In this document: positions 45,212 to 54,400 of the stretch, piece by piece
How the letters are laid out: each line of letters begins with the position of its first letter
Numbering within the stretch: the stretch's first letter is position 1
Virus record (IMG/VR): IMGVR_UViG_2909739949_000002
Coordinates: 82,529 to 146,528 of that record
Source of the DNA: a virus
Lineage: Duplodnaviria > Heunggongvirae > Uroviricota > Caudoviricetes
Length of the DNA stretch: 64,000 nucleotides
Reading direction: 5' to 3' (one strand)
Notes under the pieces: generated by a model
Seen by the model: the letters and a program-made list of their open reading frames with translations, nothing else
Told to the model about the DNA's origin: nothing
Databases searched by the model: none
Translations under genes and position numbers: made by a program

Positions 45212-46358
45212 ATCTTTGTGTTATTCTTTCTATCTCCATCTCTATCTTTCTTTCTTCTGATATAGAGTCTGCTAAGTCTGGATAGCAATGCTCTATATAA
45301 ATACACTTCTTACCAAAACTAGAGAGACAGGGGCTATAACTAGAGTCAGGAACATGCTTACTGAATAATTCTTTTGATATATACTTATGTTTACCAAATA
45401 AGATATCTAGAGTTATATTCATTCCATTTCTATCTACATCTACTAGATAAAGATTATTAGTTCTCAAGTTGTGAATACCTATAAAATCTACTGTTAAACC
45501 AGTTAACTTCTCAAAAGCATATACATAGCTATATAGCTGAACATTATATTTAATCTTAGTCTCATCTAACTCTTCTTTAGAAGATTTGTAGTCTACAATA
45601 GCTATACCTTCCTTACCTTTATGAACTGCCCTACCTATCCAATCTATAAAAGCATTTAAATAAATACTATCTTCACCACCTAATGAATCAGGCATTAGAA
45701 CTGGATTAATAAGGCTTCCACTCTCCTCATCATATTTACTAATAGGTAGTTCTGTATATAGAGTTTCTAGAAGATTAGAAGGAACTGTGTAGTTACTAAG
45801 AATATAATAAGACTCTCCAAAGACTTCACATAGAGATATATTCTCTACATAGTCACTTATTTGAGAAGCTAGTCTATTAATATAATCTCTCCTAGAAGGA
45901 AGATTCATTGCCTTCTCTGAATCTTTCCAAGTACTAGTCATCTGAGGGCTAAGAGGCACCTTACCATCTTTAGTTCTAATGGCATCTTTACCTATATAAG
46001 AACCAGAAGCCCTATTATAAAGAGATAAAACATCTTTACTATAACTAATCAGAGAACTAACTAGTGTATCTAATAAAACCTTAGATACATTCTTATCGAA
46101 TAGACCTACATCTATCATTACTTCTTTACATAACAGATTAAATAGATCAATAGGATCTTTATAACTATCTAAAGAATATAATTCTTCTAATACTCTATGA
46201 CATAATGAGCCTAATAAAGTACTAGAAGAAATAGATTTAACGTATTTATTCTCTACATACTTAAGTCTATAGTATTCACTACATTGAGAATAAGTCTTTA
46301 GTCTACTAACAGAATAATATTTAGGACTGAAATCTAAAGGAATGCTATTAATTATCAT
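45210..46358 (-). CDS. PD-(D/E)xK exonuclease, AddB/Cas4-like with Cys cluster
   Basis: SVSRLKTYSQC, FIDWI, IVDYKS, QLYSY, C-terminal three Cys. Confidence 0.8.
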   Translation of the reverse strand: MIINSIPLDFSPKYYSVSRLKTYSQCSEYYRLKYVENKYVKSISSSTLLGSLCHRVLEELYSLDSYKDPIDLFNLLCKEVMIDVGLFDKNVSKVLLDTLVSSLISYSKDVLSLYNRASGSYIGKDAIRTKDGKVPLSPQMTSTWKDSEKAMNLPSRRDYINRLASQISDYVENISLCEVFGESYYILSNYTVPSNLLETLYTELPISKYDEESGSLINPVLMPDSLGGEDSIYLNAFIDWIGRAVHKGKEGIAIVDYKSSKEELDETKIKYNVQLYSYVYAFEKLTGLTVDFIGIHNLRTNNLYLVDVDRNGMNITLDILFGKHKYISKELFSKHVPDSSYSPCLSSFGKKCIYIEHCYPDLADSISEERKIEMEIERITQR

Positions 46359-46923
46359 TTGTAAAATGCGGCGCTACTTTCTCTATTATAGCCGATAAGT
46401 AATAGTATCCAATAAGAATAGAATCTGATATACCATCAGATGGAATTTTACTTCTGGGAGTTTTTAATAAAGTGTAATTAGGAAATAGTTCCATTACATA
46501 AGCTATACTTCTTTTCTTAGTTTCCTTCTTTGAGAGAGTTTGTATATTAGAAGGAATAACTATATCTTCTGGAATAACAGACTGCCATTTAGTAGAAGAA
46601 ATAATAGTATAAGTAAGACCTAAACCAGCAGCTAATCCTTTTATAAACCCATAGTTATGCATATTAATACTAGTAGAAGATATACCCTGACCTCCTACTA
46701 TTATCTGCTCTTCTATCACTAGAGAAACTACATCCCAATAAGATACTAACTTACATAGAAGACTAGTTATTTCCATTTCATCTAAACATCTTATGGAACC
46801 TTTCTTAGTCTTCTTACTAGTAACTGGAATACTATATGTTTCTATAGGAGTAATTATCTTATCTCTTAAAGAAAGTATAGTAATAGCTCCTTCATATCCT
46901 GGATCAATAGAAATAATATACAT
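46348..46923 (-). CDS. RuvC-like Holliday junction resolvase
   Basis: ISIDPG, VIEEQ, KW, DGISDSILIG. Confidence 0.8.
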   Translation of the reverse strand: MYIISIDPGYEGAITILSLRDKIITPIETYSIPVTSKKTKKGSIRCLDEMEITSLLCKLVSYWDVVSLVIEEQIIVGGQGISSTSINMHNYGFIKGLAAGLGLTYTIISSTKWQSVIPEDIVIPSNIQTLSKKETKKRSIAYVMELFPNYTLLKTPRSKIPSDGISDSILIGYYYLSAIIEKVAPHFTNDN

Positions 46924-46993
46924 AATTAAACCCTACCTATTAATTAATACTAACTTAATAGGTAGGGAATATGAATAAATTAATATCTAGAAC

Positions 46994-47695
46994 TTACTCT
47001 AGAGAACTAAACATAGCCCTGGCTTGTTGTATTCTCTTCCATATTCTTTGAGCGGCAATAGGATCTATTTTAGATACTTCTTCTATTACTACCTTTTGAA
47101 ATTGTTTAACAGTTTGAAGAGCAGCAATAGAAGCTGCTAATCCAGAAGCATCTTTAAGAGATTGTCTAATCTCTCTCATAACTTCTAACTTAACTTGCTC
47201 TTTAGTAGTCTTAGCAGAATAGAATGAATCATCATCTTTAATAGCAACTTGATCTAATAAGTTATATAGATTATCAAAGATAGCTTGTAATTGTGTTTGA
47301 GTATCAAATACAGATCCTTGAGTAGATTCTATCTTTTCATCTATACTACTTTCACTATAAGACTTTAACCAATTCTTTACATCTTTCTCAGTAATAACAA
47401 TACCTTGGTTCTCTAAAGAAGTTGTTATATCTTTAGTATTGAATCCACTCTCTAAGAGAGATAAAACATTATTACCTAACTTTAATCTATCTATAGGATT
47501 TAAAGATACTATTTTATAGTTATCAAGAGGAGCGCTTATAGTAGGATCAACAATTAATTCTTTAATACCATATAGCTCTTCTAATAATACTATCCATTGC
47601 TCTACTCCTATAAGCTTTTCTCTTTCTAATGTAGTCTTAAATCTATCTACAAAATCATTAAATAGCTGAACTACATTAGTGTACTCAGCAGCCAT
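46994..47695 (-). CDS. hypothetical helical protein (possible terminase small subunit / DNA-binding)
   Basis: ORF track; HTH-like middle; function is inference only. Confidence 0.35.
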   Translation of the reverse strand: MAAEYTNVVQLFNDFVDRFKTTLEREKLIGVEQWIVLLEELYGIKELIVDPTISAPLDNYKIVSLNPIDRLKLGNNVLSLLESGFNTKDITTSLENQGIVITEKDVKNWLKSYSESSIDEKIESTQGSVFDTQTQLQAIFDNLYNLLDQVAIKDDDSFYSAKTTKEQVKLEVMREIRQSLKDASGLAASIAALQTVKQFQKVVIEEVSKIDPIAAQRIWKRIQQARAMFSSLE

Positions 47696-48366
47696 TATTC
47701 AATTCCTTCTTTCTGAAGAATGTCTATTGGATCTAAATCTGCAATAACATCTGCATTAATTAAATAATTCATTAGCTGATTAATTGCTCTATCCCATCAT
47801 GTATACCCTGAGTTTCCTCATATTTAAATAGGGATTGGAACATATCATTATCCTTCTTTAAGAAGGATACTCCATTTTGTTCTCTGAACGTTTCTCTATT
47901 GAAGACTTCGCTGCTGATTGTCCATTACTATACTTACTTAGGATTTAACCTTATAAGCATCTTCTAGATTCTTTCTACTTTCGTAACCATCACACTTAGA
48001 CATATCTCATTCTTATGTTGTGGTTCTAGAAGCTTTAGGATATTCCAGTCAATTAAAGGAGTTTAGCATCCCTCATTACTGAAGGAGAGGACAAGGGTAA
48101 TAGTTCGTCCTTTTCAATGTACTAGGATCTAAATATAATCCATCAGCTATATCATTTCTAGCTCTATTAGTTTGCCATCTATATCCTAATAATCTATGAA
48201 GATATGGATCTGTTACTTTTAATTTTAATAAGGCCGCCTTTACTTGTTCATAAGTAAATATAGTCTGCTTACCATATACATGAGAGCAATCTAAAGGTTT
48301 TGCCCAAGGAAAATCATTCCTTAAATACTTGGTAATCGCATCTATACCTGGATGTGCTTGAGCCAA
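47695..48366 (-). CDS. intron-split HTH protein, 120 aa after splicing: join(48366..48107, 47797..47695)
   Basis: TTG start with GAGGT SD; spliced junction ...LDPSTLKRT-WDRAINQLMNYL...; exon-2 TAA overlaps the ATG of the next gene. Confidence 0.75.
47798..48106 (-). mobile_element. group I self-splicing intron, 309 nt, no homing endonuclease
   Basis: P AATTGACTGGAA, Q AATCAGCAGC, R GTTCAGAGAACA, S GATATGTTCC; P3 ACTCC/GGAGT; P2 and P9 GNRA loops; terminal G. Confidence 0.88.
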
Positions 48367-48425
48367 TATTACCTCTTAATTATTATTAATAAATATAAAT
48401 TATATATCTTTATATTTATAATATG

Positions 48426-51400
48426 TCAAGTAGAATAACCTGATTGAACTGTAGATAATGGATGTATCTGTCCTCTAGTTGCTAATATTAATAAATCATT
48501 TCTAGCTGATATAGCTTCTTCTAAGGTAACTACTCCATCTGTTCTATTAATAGATTTATTAGTTTCTAATACAGGAAGATTATTAATAGATAAGAATTGT
48601 AGATTAGCTTGTAAAGCAGGATTGAAAGCTTGGTTTCTAGGAATATATACAAAAGTTCTAATCTTATCTCCTATGTTAGATATAAAGGCTTGCATCTTAT
48701 TTAATACTTTATTTATCACGCCGCCTTCATGACTATTAACAGTATTACCTTTATCTATATTTATTACCTTCTGCTTTAATTCTTTTACTTCTTTTTCTTC
48801 AGAAGCTTTGATATCATTATTAACTTGTTTTATTTTAGGATTACCGTATTCCATTATCTTACTTACTTGAATCATCTCTCGGTAATTATGAGCATTAAAC
48901 ATATAGGAATACCAAATAGCTCTACCGATAACTGATTGATTATAGTATTGAGATCTAACATCAAATTCTTTATCAAGAAATAGATCTATTAAATTATGGG
49001 GTCTAATAGTAAATACGGCTTCTATAGGCTTAATTAAATCAGGTTCAGTAGAATATACATCTCCGTACAAAGAAGCGTTTAAAAATAATCTTTTAGTTCT
49101 AGCTCCTGTGTAATCAGTAGCAGCCATTAAATGTCTCTGCCAATCATTAGCAATAGCAGCTTGAGCAGTACCGCTAGAGAATGGGGCTCTAGGATCATAG
49201 AACTGATTACTAGACCAAGCTAACTGAGATTCAAATGGAGTTAAAAACCAATTAAGTAATGGAATACTAGATATCTTTCTATGAATCCAACTAGAAACAT
49301 TATTCATCATAGGAAGAGCTCCAGGAATACTGGATATAGCAGCATTAATTAAACCACCCGCCATAGCTCCTCTTGCTAAAACTCCAGGATTAGCTAAAGC
49401 TTTAAAGGGGCCTGATAAAGTAAAGAGCATACTAAGTATAGAAAGTCCACCTCCTATAAAAGAAGTGACTTTACCTGGAGATAAACCAGGTATCTTACCT
49501 AATAAATTACTAATACCTAATATACCTTCACCAATTCCTGTAGCCGCCCCTTGATACATATCTCCTATTATCTTAAAGAATCCTTTAGCAAAATCAGATT
49601 GTGTTATCTTTTCCCAAGTTTCACTTATATTCTTATGGAAAAGTACAGCTCCTCCTATTAAAGCTATACCAGTTAAAACAGCTATACCTATACCTATTGG
49701 CCCTGTAGCTAATAAAGAACCCCCTAAAGAACCCAGTGCAGCGCCTCCTCGAAAAAGAGCATAACTAAATAGAATACCTTGAATAGAATTTAAAACTGCT
49801 TCTCCAGCATGAGTAGCTTGATATCTTAAGTCACCAGTAGTATTGTTACCTAAAGCATCTTGAGTATTAGCTAGAGTAGTAAAAGCAGTCCATAAATCAA
49901 TACCTTCTATTAATCCTAGAGATTGAGTTATTGTGCCTCCTATCTTTCCTAGAGTAGGCATAATACCCAGCTTAGGTCTTTTAAGTGTAGGTATTTCTCC
50001 TTGTACTTCACCTCCAGAACCAGGTGTTAATTTATATCCAATTATTCTTTTAACTGGAGATACATGGGCACTAGCTATCTCTCCAAATCTAGTTACCTGA
50101 TGTTGACCAATATACTCTTCAATAACTTTTTCCATTCTTCTGCTATAACCGGATAGATCTTCTGGCTCAAGCACTAATAAATTATTTCTAATACCTTGGA
50201 ATAAATACCCTATTTTATCTATTACTAATTGAGATAAATAATGGATAGTTTCAGCATCACTAGATAGGTTCTTATATCTACCTAATAAATTAGCCGATGG
50301 ATTATTTCCTAGTTCATGATCTAGTAATTCTAGAATATCTTTTTGTAATTTATTTTTAATTACAGATTTTGCTGCCTCTTTAGAAGTGTCATCTAAAAAG
50401 TGTCTAGATACAGAAGCACCAAAGGATCTATCACCTACATAAACTTCATCTAAAGTATCAAAGAATCTATCTATATAATTATCTAGAGTTGATACATATA
50501 CACCATGTAATAAATCTCTAACAGCATCTTTTCTTAACCCCTTCCAGAATCCAAGCCCCCCATTTATATTCTCATGTGCATTGAATATATCTAAAACTAA
50601 ATCATCAGTCATAGATTGAACTTCTACTTGAAGACTCTGTATAGCACTCTTCGCTTCTCTTAATAAACTATCAGCACTTTGTCCTTCTGGAATTGATAAA
50701 ACAAAAGTCTTATTACCTCTTCTAATATGTAGTGATTGAGAACTATAAGAAGCACCATCTACTGAATGAACTCTTTTATCTATAAAGAACTTAAAGGTTC
50801 TTCCGTTATCTGCTGGATCTGTAAATAGATTCTTAGCCATCTTGCTAGATTTAAGAACGGCTGCTGTATCCATTCCATAGAAGTAATGACCTAATAAACC
50901 TATTCCTAATGCTCCCCCTACAGTAATAAGACCTGCATAGGCTACTGGTTTAAAAGGCCCAGTCCATGCAGATATCTGAGCATCACCAGCTTTAGCTACT
51001 TCTCCAACAAAAGAAAACTCTCCTGGATTCACTGCTTGATTCCAATCTAGATACATAGATGAATATTCTAACCATTCAGTAGTCTCATCTATTTCAGTTT
51101 TATTAGCTCTCATTTCTTTTTTATTCTTATCAAAAGAAAAGGTAATCTGTCTTAAAGATATCTTTCCTAATGGATTAAATAAATGATATAGAAAGTTAGC
51201 ATTAAATCCATCTTGAAATATATTTCCATTTATTACAGATATATTACTATCTAAGGATTTATACAGATTAGACTTATCTATATTCCTACTTGTATTAATC
51301 AACATATTAGGATCTAGAGTGTCTACCATTCTACTTATAATAGAATCTAGAGGTTGATTAGCTAATTCTACTGTTCTTCTAGTTCTTTCTCTTAGGGATA

Positions 51401-54400
51401 GAGTAAGAAGAGAGTCTTGAGTTATTAGACTCATAGTACTTTCACTAGCTGGAAGGGTATACCTTCTTCTATTCTTTGGATCTAAAGGAGATAATTGAGC
51501 AGAAGCAGTTCTTATAGCTATACCAAGGGCTCTTATCTTAGAAGCAGATGTTCTTTCATCTACTAATGAGCCGCCTGTAAATCCTAACTTCTGCATAGAT
51601 TGTTCTATTATTAACCTAAGAGGGCTACCAGATTTAAGAGCTTCTTTAAAATAGAAAGAAGAAGCCATGCTATAAATAGCAGTACTAGTATCTTGGTTAG
51701 CTGATTGTAGTTGTGAATAAAATGTAGCTGTTAATCCTTTATCTCTTAGTCTAAAAGTTACCCCTACAAAAGGAAGAATAGATTGATATGTATTCTGGGG
51801 GTTAACTATATAAGGAGCTACTAAAGTTTGTAATATACTATTAAGTCTAGATATAGATGGATCAGTTATATTAATTAGTTTCTCTCCTCTTAAAGGACGA
51901 TATTGTCCTTTAGCATTCATTATTAACTGATCATATAAATCACCTGAAGTATATCTCATCTTATCTTGTTTAGTTACTATCCTAACTACGTTAGCTATTG
52001 CTTGAGGTAGTAATTCTTTACTATTAAGAGAAGAATAGAAAGCGTCTACTGCTGCTTGTCCTTGGCTACCATTAGAATGAATAGTCCCCAGCATATTAAT
52101 AGCAAAGGTAGTTGCAAGAGCTCCAACAAATCCAGCAGTTATATATCTAGTTAGTCTACTTACTCTAGGCCCTCTTTTAGTAGACTCTGCAAAGTTTACA
52201 AATTCTGTTCTATCAGTAACCCTAAAGAAGTCTTCTCTTAAATTAGAGTCAGCTAAAAATTCATCTATATCGTCTATCCTATTCTTAGCTAAGTTATCTA
52301 AGGAATCACCAAGAGCATTATTTTCAGCTCTATCAGCAGCTAATGTAGAATGAGGACTATCTGAGAATCTAATTAGATACTCATTCATTAAATCTTTATA
52401 TTTAGCTAAGTCACTTTTATAAAAGTATCTTTTAATTCTATAGTGAAATTGTAGCGCCCAAGTAAGAGGATTACCCTCTAAATAACCTATCTTAGAACTA
52501 ACTTTATCAAAAGCAATAGCAGTACTTCTAACATCTTTACCAAAGTCATTATATATAGATGTTGTTAACCAAATAGAAGAACTACCTAAAGCAATAGTAG
52601 CCCATTGTTGAGCGGGGTCTTGTACTAGTTTATCTCTCTCAATCTTAGTATCCATACCAACACTAAGTCCAAACCATGAACTAGTGTACAAGTACATACC
52701 AGCAGTAATAATTGCTAAAGAAGGTATCTTCATTGCTGTAACCTTCCTCAGAACCTTATTATCTACTTCATTAAAGAACTTCCTCATACCAGTTGTCTTA
52801 GGAGCTATATGGGTATATATAGGTTTTCCTCCTAAAGAATAAGCTGCTGCTCCTAAAACTCCTACCCAACCACCAGCATTAATAATATTCTCATCATCGG
52901 TAAATACATCAGTTACAAATGAGAATACTTTATGAGATATAAGAGCTAGAACACCTAACTTACTAACATCTATAAGAGATCTTAACCCCCAATGTATCTT
53001 TCCCCCTGTAGCTGATAATGATTGGGTACCTTCATTAAATAATTCACTATAAAAAGAAGTATTAATCTTTACCATACTCTCCACAGTATTAAGTCCTTTA
53101 TTAGGAAAGTAAACTAAAGATTCAAGTCCGTTATAGACACTCTTAGCAGCAGTCTTAACTGTATTGCTGGCTTCAGTTAATTCTTGTAAAAGAATATTAT
53201 CCTTATTAAATAGTTTAGTTAGACCTATACTTCCTTCTAATAGTCCTAATACTGTAGCTGTATAGATTGCAAGGGTACCTCCTAGACTTCCAACAGCAGA
53301 TAGATAATTAAGTATATTATTTGGTTCGTCATTATATACAAGAGAGAAACCTAACTTGTTAGTTGCATCTAAATTAACTGCTATAGGTGCAGAGAAAGAA
53401 ACGTTGAATCCTAAAATAGGAGCAGACTGCATACCAAAGCTAAGAGATACAATACCCTTCTTACCTATTCTCTCATCAGCTCCTTTAACAGAACTAGCTA
53501 CAAAGAATTGAAAGTATTGCATAGGTGCTTGTTGAGCTATTACTCTAGTAGTTCCGGCACCTTGATTATATTTAGTAATAGGTAATCTACTAAGCATTAT
53601 TCCTGCATGGTAAACACTTAATCTATCCCCTTCAGTTAAGTATTCTCCTGCATGATATCTTCTAATAACTTCATTACGATAACTACCTAATATATCTGCT
53701 AATGCTAAATTCTCAGTAGGAGATAGATTACCTTTACCTAATAAATTCTCCCCAACAAAGGGAATACTTTTAATAGCATTAAGTACTCCTACTGCTGCCC
53801 ATCTAAAAGCAAACCTACCAGCTAATAAACCAGTACTCCAAAACGCAAAAGATTTTAACCATGCTCCTTTAGGTGTTGCTATACCTTTCTCAGTAAGAAG
53901 ATTGACTAGATATCTTTCATTCTCTAAAGATTCTCTAATCCCGAACTTAGCACTATGAGATACCTTCTGAATAGTTTCCATTACTTTAGGATTAGATACA
54001 TCTAGAGAATATCTTTCTAATTCTGCTCCCATTGTTCTGGAGGCAAGTCCAGATGCTAGAGCAATAGCCGCCCCAGTATAACCAACAGATAAGAGAGGAG
54101 TAGTTAAACCACTAGTTGGTAGTATTCTATTAGCTGTAAACTCTACTGGTGCCGCCTCTCTATGATTAATAGATAACCAGAATTGACTCCAGATAGAAGC
54201 TCCCTGAAAAGAAGACATTAAATCGTCAGCAGCTATAGAAGCACCAATAGCTAGTAGTATAAAAGTACCTATCTTACCTTTATTATTTAGGAGAGGATCT
54301 ATAGTTATAGTCTGTCTACCATGTTCTGTTCTAATCCTATCTATCTTATTCTTTTGTTTAGAATAATGACTTCTTGCTTTATCTAATAAAGCGTCTTCTC

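Noticed and set aside
45210-46358. Calling this gene cas4
   Set aside because: The fold is shared with AddB/RecB-type phage exonucleases, and there is no CRISPR context
48076-48106. C-terminus NYYPCPLLQ of the 96-aa track ORF
   Set aside because: Read-through into the group I intron (P1/IGS region)
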